Assembly (NCBI RefSeq): GCF_006345805.1
Contig: NC_043001.1
Coordinates: 61,256,001-61,320,000 of the forward strand
Length of the DNA: 64,000 bases
Reading direction: 5' to 3'
From: Octopus sinensis
Lineage: Eukaryota
A model generated the notes under the pieces. It was not told the origin of the DNA. It did not search any database and was given only the letters and a program-made list of their open reading frames with translations. Shown here in pieces: positions 26,921 to 40,689 of the stretch. The position numbers were made by a program, and so were the translations under genes. Each line of letters starts with the position of its first letter. The first letter of the stretch is position 1.

Positions 26921-28589
26921 ACACGCATATACATCATATCAGTTTGTGCATGCGGTGTGAATTTCAGCGGGTATGTTGATGGAATGCATAGTTTACAAAT
27001 GTATGCTTTTATGGATAATAAATATCTCCTCGAATAATTTTTGCACTGTGTCTGTGTAACTGTTATTCATTGTTTAAGTATCAAAACATCTTGATGTACG
27101 CGAGAACCATTGAACTATTTATGTGTAAATGAATTTATTTTCAGGTCGAAATTTTAAAAGCTTTTCGCTTTTCATTCTGTTGTCTTCATACGAAAATTCT
27201 TGCTTTATTTTGTATATGACGTAATCAGTGTTATAGGCTCTCTCTAGTGATATCCACAATACTGATGTGTGTGTGTTGTGCATTTGTGTGTATTTGTGTG
27301 TGTGTGTTGTGCATTTGTGTGTATTTGTGTGTATGTGTGTGTGGGTGCGTGTGTGTGTGTGTACTTTGATCGCAAGTGTACAAAATATTTATTTCTATGA
27401 AAATTTAAACAGATTTCACCTACTCTTTAAATTAGCTATTAGGTAAGTCACATCTTTGCCATTGCCTAATGATTTTTGTATAATCGTGAAATCATTATTA
27501 TTGTTATTATTATGGTAACTCTCGGCTCTGCTGCCCTCGACGACCTCATCGCCAATCAACATGATTATGATGCGTAATAAATCGAATATTTCGTAGCTGA
27601 ATGAATATAAGGAGTCGTGATGAAAGATAATCGATAGATTTCTGTTAATGTCATATTAGCGTCATTAATATTGAGGGAATTTAGCTGAAATGTATGTCTG
27701 CAATTATTCCTTCATGCTAAATAGGCTTGTGCTCTTGAATTATGAATTAATTACTGATAAACTAGTTATTCACAGCCTGCAGGGATTCTACATTCCTCGA
27801 GTGCACATTTCACTGTGAACTTTTGAGCATTGAAATTTTCATCAAATTTGCTAATTTGAAATTAGGCGATTAGGTCGCCACGGTGAGAATCTTCGAAGTT
27901 CACATCATTAAACTTGATCCAAAAGTTACTTAATTTTGTGATGTAAATTAATTACTTTATTAAATCGCTAGGAAATATTGCTCTTTAAAATCTACGGAAT
28001 AAGGATGTTTCCATGCAACGGTTGACAGTAGCTGTTAACATGAGTATATGTTTACGACTGCAATTGAAAGCCAAAATGTTTTGAGAACATAAATGGAATT
28101 ATGAAAATGTTAAAAGCAAAATATTTTATAAATATAAAAATTTAGTTGGAAATATTTCAGAAAGGGTAGACGTGGTATATGTGCATACATTAACTTCAAA
28201 GTTTGCCACAAGGCAAGTAAGTTCGAGGGAGGAGCTAAGTAAATTACATCGACCCCAGAAAAGGATAAAAGGTAAAGTCAACCTCAGCGAAGTCAGAACG
28301 TAAAGAGGGATGAAATACTGCTAAGCATTTGGCCTGGCGTGTTAAAGTTTCTGCCATCGAGCCGCTTATACTTGCATATATCAATATATATATATGTGCC
28401 GTTGATGTGATAGCCTAAAACCATTTGAAAGATTTTGTTTTTTCTATGCCTTCGTTATCATCATCTTGTGACTATGTACCATATAATAAAAAACTAACAA
28501 ACGTCTGTGTCAACCAACACACAAATAAGGATAATAACAACGACAACAATGGTTCCAACAGTAACAACGGCATTAACATTTCTTTTGCG

Positions 28590-28830
28590 AATTTCATGTG
28601 TTTGGTGAGAAACCATTACAAAACAAACATGAGTATTTGTAGCAAGAATAAGCGTCTGGAAAAGAGGAAGTTTATGCTTAATATACTGCAACTCCTCTAA
28701 GTATATAGCAAAGTACCAAGACATAGCCATTGAATTACAAAGACTATGGAAAGTGCGGATAAAATGTTTCCCAGTAGTTATAGGTGCATTGGGAACTATC
28801 CCTACAAATCTGACCAAGTGGATAGATGAT
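28590..28830 (+). mobile_element. RLE-domain LINE C-terminal fragment
   Basis: IAKYQDIAIELQRLWKV..FPVVIGALGTIP, the typical end of an R2/R4-type restriction-like endonuclease. Confidence 0.75.
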
Positions 28831-29494
28831 AAACATATATAAGAACCCCGTCTTATATATGTTTATATATATATATGGATGCGGAAACCACAACCGGTGG
28901 TGGTGTGTTTTACGTTCCTGTAACTTAGCGATTCGGTAAAAGTGACCGATAGAATAAATACTAGGTTTTAAAAATCATGTACTTGGGTCGACGCATTCGA
29001 CAATAAATTTTTCAAGGCAGTGTCCTCGCATAGCCGCAGTCTAATGACTGAAACAAGTAAAAGATAAAATATCAGATGCCACGAGAGCCACTACCTAGTA
29101 CTGCATCATGGCATCATGATCATAGTCATCTCATTATCGTCCTGATTATCATCATCATTATCATCATCATCATCATCCTCATTATTATGATTATTATTAT
29201 TACCAGACATGGTCGGTTCGTCGGCGACTAAACCGACTCCCCTCTGGGTTCAGCTTGCTGGATCTTGAAGGAGGGTGTGAGGGCACCAGTGAGAACGAAA
29301 AACAAGATCTGTTGAAAAAAGGGCACAGGGGCGTTGTCCTTCTCCCTTACCACACCAAACTGAGACCCCCAACGGTGGATCAAGCGGAGGAAGCTAGATC
29401 TCCGAACTAAACCACTGATCCTAGCAGAAGAGGGCGATACCAGACGGACTGGCTAGAAAGGCGCAACTCTAATGAAATGGGAGTTGGTGGCATT

Positions 29495-29725
29495 TTTATT
29501 TCTTTATTACCCACAAGGGGCTAAACATACAGGGGAGAAACAAGGACAGACAAATGGATTAAGTCGATTACATCGACTCAAGTGCGTAACTGGTAATTAA
29601 TTTATCGACCCCAAAAGGATGAAAGGCAAAGTCGACCTCGGCGGAATTTGAACTCAACGTAACGGCAGACGAAATACTGCTAAGCATTCGCCCGGCGTGC
29701 TAACATTTCTGCCAGCTCGCCGCAT
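29495..29725. mobile_element. Second SINE-like family copy (related copies near 28195-28370, 39650-39850, 39940-40050 and 46340-46500)
   Basis: Recurring core atcgacccc.aaaggatgaaaggcaaagtcgacctcggcggaatttgaactc. Confidence 0.7.
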
Positions 29726-30039
29726 TCTGTTGCATCCCGTCGCCTGGAATTCGCATGTCACTTTAGGTAGGGCAGCGGCAGAAGGATTTTAGACCATAGT
29801 GCATGGGGACCCCCATGGAAAGATCTTCACCCTAAACAAACTCACGCCATTGGTTGGTTTCTTTTTTATCCAACTCTTCCTTTCCCTTTTTTCTACAAAA
29901 GCCCAACGGCAATGAAGTAAGGATAGTAGGAGCAGGTTTGGTCAAACTAGCACTTAGTCCGTACCTGCTCGTTAGCGGCAGATGCAAGATGGTCGACTTC
30001 CTGGGAGCTGGCGACAACCCAGGGACTCGGTCCTATATC

Positions 30040-32900
30040 TGCGACTAAGCATGCGTATTTGGGAACACCGCTGCTCATCCTGAATGGGGAAGGCCCTAGA
30101 AAAGATGTGCTAAACATCGGATGTCACCACATAATCCTGGTTGGTAAGCCGCGTCCAACAGGACACCCATTCAAGCTGTCGGACAATAGAAATTATATTA
30201 ATATTATATTAGTCACTATAATATTAATCATCATCAACAGCCAATTTCGACCCAAATCACGTGAAGACCACCTGGAAGCACCCCCAGGTCGAAACACTGG
30301 CACCTTCTGGACTACTCCATCATCAGACAAGACAAAAGAAACGTCCTCATCACGCGAATGGATAACAACATTGACGCTTACAGTACAGACCATTGTCTAG
30401 TCATCACCCACTTCGAATAATAGTTAATAACAAACCAAAGACTTGGAAAACAAAACCAGTCAGAAGAAAATTTGACATATCGAAGCTTAACAACCCAGAG
30501 ATCAGCTCTCTTTATGCATCTTCCATTCTCAAACACCTTCAATTCATTCCATCTGACAATCAGGATATGGATAAGGAATGGAGAACACTTCGAAAAGCCA
30601 TCGCTGAAGTGGCTGAAAATACCTTCGGGTACAGCAAAAAGAAACAGCCGGACTGGTTTGATAATAATGAACAAGAATGCAGCCAGCCGTTCGATACAAA
30701 ACAGCAAGCCGCATCTCTATCATGTGCAAGATCGACGATCACGGCACAAGAAGTTGAGATATCAAGACCTCAAAAGACAATAACGAACAAAACTGAGTGA
30801 GATGCAGAACTGGTGGCGACAAAAGCCGTTGAACTTCAAGACTATACTGACACCCGTGACCTCAGACGCTTCTACGCAGGAACGAAGTAACTTTCGGAGC
30901 CCGTGAGATCATCAACAAGGTCTATTCACTCAATAGACTCCAACATCATCCTGATCGACCCACAAGATATCCTTCAACGCTGGAGAGAGCACTTTTCGAT
31001 TTTCTGAACCAAGACTCCAACGCAGCGGAAGACTTCTTGAAGAACGTACCCATGCATCCAACTAGACATTGGATGAACACGCCACCATCCTATGAAGAGT
31101 ACCAAATCGCCCTCAAGTGCATGAAGCAGCAGAAGTCTCCTGGCCCAGACAACATCTCAGTGAAACTTATAAACATGGTGGACTACTATTAAACACGAGT
31201 CGGTTCGCATTCATTCTCGAAATGTGGAAGAACCGCCAAGTTCCCAAAGACCTCAAAGATGCTGTTATCATCACCATCTTTAAAAAAGAGATAGAAAGAT
31301 TCGTAGGAGCTATCATAACATCACAATGCTCACCACCGCAGGGAAAATCTTTGAAAGGCTCCTTCTCGATCGTCTCCAAGACATCGCAAAAAAAATCCTC
31401 CCCGAATCACAATGTGGATTTCAACTATACAATAGGACAACTGACAATCTTTTGTGCTCGCGAATACCGGAAAAGAGTGGAGAACAATAAAAACCTCTCT
31501 ATTTTGTTTTCTACGACCTCGAAAATGCCTTTGCTACTGTCCCAAGGCCTGCAATGTAGATGGTCCTGCGACGCTTCGACTTCCACTATCAGTTCATTTC
31601 CCTAGTACAAGGATTACGTGACGGTATGACTGGAACCATCTTCCATCAAAACCAACTGTTGGAAGACTTACCCATCGCTGGAAGATCTAGAACAAGGATG
31701 CGATTTGGCCCCGACGCCCTTCTCCCTGCGCTTTTCAGCAAAGTTTCATGAGCTGCTTTGACAATCAGGAGTCAACATTCGGTACCGATATGACGAGGGC
31801 GTTCCAACCTTGCCAGGTTGAAGTCACAAGAAGCAACAGATCACTGAAATTCAGTATGCTGATGACAACGCAGAGGTCTGCTACATTCGTGAACAGCTTC
31901 AACAATAGGTGAATAACTTCACCTATACTTACACTTGATTTGGCCAAAAGGTCAACATCAAAAAGACAAAAATTCTGGCACAACTAGTTTTAGGTCAGGA
32001 AAGTGCAAACCTCAACATTACCGTCTCGGAGACGCCACTAAACAAAGTCAACCACTTTTCATACTTAGGAAGTGTGCTTTCGAACAAGTGCACATCAAGA
32101 AATGACGTAGAGATTAAGAGCGACTTACATCGAGTTTGGTGGACTCACGAGAAGGGTCTTTAAGAACAATGATCTGAACCACCAAACAAAATTCTGCATA
32201 AAACTAAGCAGTCGTGATCTCCGCTCTCCTCTACGGTTGTGAAACCTGGACTCTTTACTGAAGTGACGTCAAAACCTAGAGCGATTTCACCAGCAAGCTC
32301 TGCTCTATTATAAATATCAAATGGAATGACTATGTGACCGATATCTTCGTTCTGGAGAGAAGGAAAAGCAGCAGTAACGAGACCACCGTCCTGAAACATC
32401 GTTGAGGTGGGCGGACCGCGTAGCAAGAGTGAAAGAGACTAGGTTGCCTCATCAAATTTAATATGGTGAACTTTCTACCGGAAGAAGACTCCGTGGCTGT
32501 CCTCTCCATCGATACAAGGACCAGCTGAAGCAAAGCCTAAAACTAACTGGAATCGATCCCAAAGTCTGAGATATTGAAGCTCAGGACAGGCCCGGCTGAC
32601 ATCATTCCATCTCTAGTGTGACAACTCGTTTTTTGAAGCTGAACGACAGAGGAAAGAAGAGAAACGACAATAAAGAAAACGGAGGCGGCAACTACCAAGT
32701 CTCCACCACGAATACGTGGTGGAGGCTTTGGTTGTTGCCGCCTCCGTTTTCTTTGTGAATATTGCAATAGACGTTTGCATGAAAGAACTGGCATCCTTAG
32801 CCACCAGAGGTACAAACACGGAAAGAGGAAAAGAAGCGGTCAAGAAGAAGCCAAATAAATTATCGTACACACCATAAAAGTCCGCCGTCGCCGTATTATA
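30040..32900 (+). mobile_element. Decayed RTE-type LINE (APE endonuclease end, RT, C-terminus)
   Basis: HWHLLDYSIIRQ, DHHPLR, EWRTLRKAI...KKKQPDWF, KSPGPDNI, DAVIITIFKK, IQYADD, FSYLGSVL; many frameshifts. Possible 5' UTR from about 29195, interrupted by a SINE. Confidence 0.85.
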
Positions 32901-33279
32901 TGAAATCTCACCTTATTTTCCTGAGTATAATGGAAAGTGTCAGCAATTCACAGCCAGCAGACTAAGGTGGCCCTTGTTTACTGGCCATGCTTCAAGAACC
33001 TTGCGAAGTTCCAAGCAATACTGATTTGTGTAAGTGTTCAACCTTCACACTTGCACCTGTCTTATTTAGCCATGTTGGTAGTTGAGTGCTAATACTTCCA
33101 AATGTACCTATTACTATTGATATCACGCCTACTCTCTTCATTAATTACAACCTTCGTATTTCCCACTTGAAATCATCATAATTGTTTATGTTTTCTTCTT
33201 TTACATTGATCCTCCTGTTGTCATCGGGGCATGCTATGTCGATAAACATTCATGTTCATTATTTATTCATCGGTTTCCG

Positions 33280-33985
33280 ATGTCAAGTCGGCTGATCGCA
33301 CTGGATCATTGCATCCCATAGGATCTTGCAATTGTCCTTTTCGGCGACTCGTTCTGGAGTTTGTTCATACCATGCTTTGCTCTTTGTAGGCCGTGATTTC
33401 CTCTGAATTCCTAATGGATCATTTTTGCCACATTGTCGTGGCGTCTTTTGTATTCGCGTTATGCCAATTTCGGGCATTCACTAACGATGTGCCATACCGT
33501 TTCACCTCTCTCACCACACATTCTGCATTTATCGCTATAGGTAATGTTGTCAATTCTACACTTCACGTAGGTGGTCCTTAACGCTTGTTCCTGAGCTACG
33601 CTTATGAGTGCTTCTGTCTCTATCTTCAAGTCACTCCACCTCATCCATAGCCGCCGGTCCTCTGTATCCGTCTTTGCGTTCACATCTCTTGCAAACTCAT
33701 TGTACATTTTCTTTTCCTTCCATACTTTTTCCTTTTTTTGTTCATTTCGTGTTTAATTTTTTTCTTTCGTTACACAATTTTCAGTTTTGATGACGCTGGC
33801 TTTCGTCTGTCTCAACGGTGGCTCTACGGCATTTTTTATATACCACACTAAGCTGTTTTCCTCTGCTTCGATAAAGTCCTGGCAACTGATCAAACCGCTC
33901 CCACACTTTCTTCTGGACAAGTACAGCCTATCGATGTAACCTTTTTAGGGAAGGCTCCATGTACTGTCAAAATTTTCTGGTCGTG
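33280..33985 (-). mobile_element. R4/Dong-like RLE LINE 3' coding fragment
   Basis: WMRWSDLKIETEALISVAQEQALRT, CCHC knuckle CRMCGERGETVWHIVSEC, KILWD; abuts (CAT)n/(TAT)n. Confidence 0.85.
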
Positions 33986-33988
33986 GTA

Positions 33989-34081
<93 letters not shown>

Positions 34082-34637
34082 GAGTGAAAGAGCAGTTCAT
34101 GCCATCAAAGTGACACTGAGGTAAAATATACGAAGCCCAATATACCCATCATGACTACACGTCTGATAAGGGTACACCAGGCACATGCATCACAACCATA
34201 TGTGCGCGACATGGTGATCTCATATCAAGATAAACAGCACATGAGCTTGTAGGTGGGGCCCAGTTAGAATTTTCTTCAGGTTGAGTAGCCCATCCCGCTC
34301 AAAAGGTCCCTGAATAAGGGTTGTTTAAGGATGTTGAAAGAACCACCCATGTTTCCAGAGGTGAATTATTCAAACCCCAAAGAATCCCTCTCAACACATG
34401 GCTATGATGCTCCCCCACTACTTCTGCTCGTGATCAGAGATGCACATATCGTCAGCCACTAAGGGACATGCTCAACTGGTTAAGGTCAAACAACTGACAA
34501 GCAAATCTGTGGTATTGAGCAGAATATTTGCTGTAGCCCATCTTTTATATCAAGACAAAACAATGTACATGATATCACTCCCAATCAGTTAAGATCAGAA
34601 GTCATGAGAGCCACTGCCTGGTACTGCATCAGGGCAT
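34082..34637. mobile_element. Non-coding ~555-bp element embedded in (ATT)n
   Basis: Sharp boundaries with ATT repeats on both sides; its right end recurs at 29071-29114 next to (CAT)n. Confidence 0.55.
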
Positions 34638-34652
34638 TTATTATTATTATTA

Positions 34653-34719
<67 letters not shown>

Positions 34720-35467
34720 TATTATTATTATTTCCTTATCATTATTATTATTAATGCCTCAGTAGACACTATATCTCATATTATTCTGACATAATTTGTA
34801 CAAAACTAGCGTTAGAGAAATGAGAAAAACGCTGCTTCAATCCGTATTTCAATATATTTATGTTTACTGACACTACGTGTGCAGACTTATAGTTATAAGT
34901 TGAAATTGAATTACTGGGGGACCAAGAAATTTAAAACAGTTTTGCTCGCCACATCCTTTGAAATCAGAATAACGTGACCTGAATTGATTCCTCAAATACA
35001 CTTAATCCAACATTTTATCCAACTCAGTTATTTAGCTTCCATACTTATATTTAAACTTATACACATTGAGATAATCAAAAGCAGTTATTAATATATTCAT
35101 GGATATAATAAATATATATTACATATATCAAATATTATATATGCAATATATATGCATTTTGTGTGCATGCGTGTATTAAATACATCATGTTGGCGCAAAC
35201 CTGTAGTTAAAAAGTTCTATAACTTGACTTCCCATACACGTTATAGTTGTACGTTACAATTGTACGTTTTATTTCTGTTATTTTTCAACTTCTTAAACTG
35301 TTTAGAAATAATTTTTTAATAAGTAATTCAATGGACTGAAGATTGAATTATAATAGTAACAGTGCTAAGCACTGATAAAAGCTGAACAACATTTAGGTTA
35401 ATTCAAATATCTTTTAAAGGCAATTTTACAGCACTTTTCTATGGAGAAAATATTTTCGCATATAGTA

Positions 35468-36725
35468 TTGGGTTGGTAACTAAGTTCCCGCCGTTTTTTT
35501 AAATTTAAATATTTTGAAATTTTAATAAGAAATTACAACTAATTAATCAATGTATTCACCCTAGTTGCTTACAACTTCTTCCGAACGTTCAACAAAATTT
35601 TCAATACCTCGTTGGTAGAAATCACCCGATTTCGACTCGAAAAATTGATCCAACCAAGCTTTTAATTCTGCATCAGTATTGAACGAAACTCCGCGCATGG
35701 CATTTGAAAGCTATCGAAAGAGGTGGAAATCACTCGGTGCCCAATCAAGAGAGTACGGTGGGTGTGGCAGTACTTATTAGCGATATGAGGGCGGGCGTTG
35801 TGGTGCAGCAGAACTTCATGCTGACGATTAGGTCTTTTCTCTTGAATTGCTGTGTTGAGTCGTTCGATCTGTTAAACATAGAGTTCCGCGTGCATCGTTT
35901 GGTTCCATTCAAGCAATTCGTAATGGATAATCTCTTCTCAGTCCCACCATACGCACAATATCGTTTTATGCGGATTAATATCTCGTTTCACATGCGGTAT
36001 CGCTTATTTACCGGGGCTAAGCCATTCCTTACGCTGTTTCATATTGATGTACAGGCATCAATTTTCGTCGCCAGTAACGATTCGGCAAATAAATCGTTGC
36101 TTGTGTAACATGAGTTGAGCGGTGACGTGCAAGTAAACTAGCGGAGATTGTGGCTCGTTGATTTTTGTTGTTATCACTTAAATAATGCGGAACCCATGCA
36201 CCATACTTCTGAACTTTTCCCATCGAGTGAAGATGCTTCTCTATAGCAGTGTGGGAGCATTCCATTTTCTCTGCCAGTTCCCTTGTTGTTTGACGAGAAT
36301 TTTCGTGCAAAAGTTGGTTTAATTGCTTTTCATCGACCTCAACCGGACGACCAGAACGGGTGCGTCTTTGAGGTCAAACTTTCCATTTTTGAACTTGGCA
36401 TACCAATCATGAGCAGTTCTTTCAGCTATGGCACCCACTCCATACAAAGCACATATGTCGCGAGCAGCTTTTGCGGACTTAGAACTTTGATTAAAAGAAA
36501 GAAGGAGGAGGTGTCGAAAATGCTTGTTTTTCTTAACTTGACATTCAATTTTAAATTGCAATAAGCAAAAAATGAACTAGAATTAACTAGAAAAAAATAA
36601 CACAAAACAAAATAGATTCCAAAATGTTTCAAAAATAAAATTCTCGAAAAAAATAGATTCAAAAATTTAAAAACGCAATAAATTGGAAAATTTAAAAAAC
36701 GGCGGGAACTTAGTTGCCAACCTAA
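35468..36725 (-). mobile_element. Full-length (1258 bp) mariner-like transposon, transposase pseudogenised
   Basis: TIRs ttgggttggtaactaagttcccgccgtttttt and aaaaaacggcgggaacttagttgccaacctaa, each flanked by TA; WVPHYL and HPPYSLDWAPSDFHLFR motifs; frameshifts. Confidence 0.95.
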
Positions 36726-36956
36726 TAGAATGTGTAAAATTCCCCTACCTACTCTACGCTCTCGGTAAACTACAGTAAAATTGCCTTTAAAAGTTAAGCT
36801 AAGTCACAAACAAATTTGACCTGATCTAAAGTTTTAAAATTGATTATTTTCTTATAATTGCATTATTATAAGTTTTAAACATTTGAACTATGATTAGCAA
36901 ACGCTAGTAAAGAAACACTTTTGGTAGATATAGATGGCAAAAATTCCATTTGCTGT

Positions 36957-37296
36957 TACTCTTTTACTTGTTTTAGTCATTTGACTGTGACCATGCTTGA
37001 GCACCGCCTTGTAGGGATTTAGTCGAATAGATCGACCCCAAAACTTAATACTTGTAAGTTCTGGGGTTATTCTATCAGTCTCTTTGCGGAACCCTTAGGT
37101 TACGGGGACGCAAACACGCCAACACTGGTTGTCAAGCAGGGATGAAGGACGAACACAGACACAAAGACACACACACACATACAGATATATACATATATGT
37201 GTGCTTCTTAAATGGCTTGTAAACACCTCCCACGCTGCAATTGTTTTCGTTCCAGGACATGATCTCAGATCAGGTCACTTGCTATGCAAGTACATC

Positions 37297-37389
<93 letters not shown>

Positions 37390-37548
37390 GATGGACTTCT
37401 TTCAGTTTCTGTTAACCAAATCCACTCGCAAGGCCTTGGTCGACTCGAGTCTATAGTTGAAGATATTTGCCCAAGGTGCCACACAGTGGGACTAAACTCG
37501 GAACCATGTTGTTGGAAAGTATGCTTCTTACTATACAGCCACGCCTGA
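36957..37548 (-). mobile_element. tRNA-derived SINE carrying a MITE-arm fragment in its central tract
   Basis: SINE 3' and 5' halves match the 16490-16901 family; 37205-37300 matches 3605-3690. Confidence 0.7.
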
Positions 37549-40054
37549 TATTATAGTCTTTATTTTAAATATGTATATATCTAAAATACATAATACTTGT
37601 ACATTATATAATGAAGCTTTTGTTTGCATCATTGCGATATGTCTTTCTTCATGATAGAAATTTAGCTGCAAATTCTACCAGGTCGAATAACCACGTAAAA
37701 CCTTACACATTTGTAAATATATGCCTGTATGTTAATATCTGCCACATTCAATGAATACCAAGAGAGATCTTTAACGATAAATTTTCTCCAATATTAATGT
37801 AATAATTCAGTGAAGTGTTTCTTAACCAAAACCTCCTTATGCATGAAAACTGTTGTAATTGATTAGTTTCAGTAACACGGAGCAGGGTGGTGTTGTTATA
37901 TGTATCATATTCTCACCGGAATAAATTATTTGCGAACTACGCTCATCTGGGGGTTTGACGAATAAGAATCGATGAATAAGCAAAGGAACACAGTTAATAT
38001 TATAATATAGAGTCTTATTTCTAGATTAATGTTTAATAACAGTCCGGCTATACACTCATTCTCAGATGATTACACTTTTCCAAATTTTCTGTAATTTTCC
38101 ACATTGTCTCAGCAGTTTCATAAAATTTTAAATATATGTTCTACTTCGATAATTTCAGTCTCTTCATCTATTGTAATATTCACAATTTTCAGCCAGGCAA
38201 TAATTTTAGCACATCTGGCAAATCCCACATGCAATTCTATATATTAGCTTATTCCATAAGTACACTTTTCTTTGGTCCTTAACTGAATAGTTTGCTTTCT
38301 AAACAAAGTCTTATTCTTATTGTATCTATGTTTCAATGTTCTCAACATAAAGAGAATAATAACTAGAGTGATGTTTGAACGCACATCATTCAATTAATTG
38401 AGAACATACACATAGTTACCGAATCCAATGTTTTGCTCTTATAACCAAAAGAAAGAATACATAATCAGATATGAAAATATCTATTGTCATTCTTTTTGCA
38501 ATCATTCTGCCGCTAATACTGAAGTAGTTGTTGTTCCCAAAACTTCAGTATCTGATCTCGTTAAAACTAATATTGCCATTGCAAGTGATAAAGATCATAG
38601 CAAGAAAGCATGCTAACCGTAGTGATAATGTACATGCAGTGATAATAGTAGTGTTGCGGCAGTTATGTTCAAGATGACGATTGTTGATGATGATGGCGAT
38701 AAATGATCACACGGTGTGGTTTATTACTACATTGCTACAGCTGCTACTACCATCATTAGTAATACTAATAATATTACTATTATTATCACTATTACTATTT
38801 TTATTATTGTTATTTAGATGATCATAATGATAATAGGGACAACGACGTTGATGATATCATTTCACTCAGACTGTTAATTTCTTTTGTTTGCCTTAAAGTG
38901 GGTAGAAAAAACATGAATAAAACTAGCGCTAAATACGTATCAAGACTCAAAGAATAATAGTAAATAGGTTTGCAAAAGCAATTACAAAATACAACTATAT
39001 ACAAAATGAACAATAAATATGTCCAATAGATAAGAAGTGATTTTTGAAACTTCTCAGCGTATAACTTTTGTTTGGCTGACCTATTGTAAAAACAAAAATT
39101 CCACACAACGCAAAACATGACCGGAAACGAGATTGTTTCAAATAACAGCAGCAAGAATTACAATAACAATAAAAAAAACATGGAAAACTGAGATTAACAG
39201 AAGAAAATGAAAGCAGAAAATTCTCGATAAATGCAAATAAATGAAGGCCAAAGGGAATATATGTATACAAACACAGCATGAGAATTGGACATGAGATACA
39301 TACGATGAAGATAACGAGTAAATCTCATTCAAAACTGATGGATATTGGAAGAAAAGATTAAGAACAAAAAAGAAAACGAATAGTATAATTAAAGAGGAAA
39401 CAGCAATGTTATATAGTTAAAATATTGTTTGCTGCGGAAAAAGAAATTTAAAAAATGGCAAGATAATGTTAATGTCTAATGATAAACTGCAATAATGAAC
39501 GACATTGCAAAGAGATTGGAAAATGGAAATTTTCCCGTATAGGCAGTAGCATATAATACGATGGACGAGGAGAAAATAACATCAACAACAACAGCAGCAG
39601 CAGCAACGACGTCAACAATAATAATAAAGATTTCAAATTTTGACACACGGCCAGCAACATTAGCCTAGCAACTTCGGGGGAGGAGGACAGTCGAATACTT
39701 CGACCCCAGTGCTCAAATAATACTTATTTTATCGACCACGAAAGGATGAATGGTAAAGTCGACACCTGTGCATGTTAAGTCAAACATAACGGCGGACTAA
39801 ATACCGCAATTCATTGCCCGCTGTGCTAACAATTCCACCACCTCACCACTTTCGCAATAATAAAAATAATAATAATTATTATTATTAACACCATCATCAT
39901 CATCATTATCATTCTTCTTCTTATTATTATTTTTATTAACCTTTCTACTATAGGTGCAAGTCTTGAAATTTTGCGAAGGGACTAGTCGATTACATCGACC
40001 CTAGTACTCAACGGGTACTCAATTTTAACGATCCCGAAACGATGAAAGGCAAAA

Positions 40055-40101
<47 letters not shown>

Positions 40102-40102
40102 C

Positions 40103-40186
<84 letters not shown>

Positions 40187-40689
40187 AAGAAGAGAGCTCT
40201 GCGCTAAATAACAACATACATGTGCTACACCGGGCTCTCCATTCAAAAATAAATCTAATCTAATAACATCGCTAAAATGGGATAAAAGAACCTGTAAAGT
40301 TAAAGGAAGCGGCCTTTTAACGAAAATAATCACGAAAACGAAATTCTTCTGACATATAAAACCCATTTTCTCTCATGCACGATGTCTCAGTGAAACGTGC
40401 GAAACACACCCGTGACATCAACATCGGAACGTTTACGAATTATAAAATATAAATGGAAGAGTACATAAGTACATAAATTGAATAATAATGCATACACACG
40501 AATGTCCATACAATGATATCTACATCTTCAACCCATAGGACTACACATACATCCCAATGTTTACACAACTACGTGAAATTTACAGGAGACACATCCATGC
40601 ACGCGTCACAAACGAAGCAAAAACAACAACAAAATTTTTTTTTTCGAGCTAACACAGAGAGAGACAAGAAATCATAAGTTTAAAAACAC

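Noticed and set aside
30290-30330. Minus-strand CTGATGA-tgga gtag tcca-GAAG resembling a hammerhead
   Set aside because: GAAG instead of GAAA, no helix III or helix I, and it is antisense to the RTE coding motif HWHLLDYSIIRQ.
31855-31870. CTGATGA motif
   Set aside because: It is simply the codons of the RT YADD motif, with no flanking helices.
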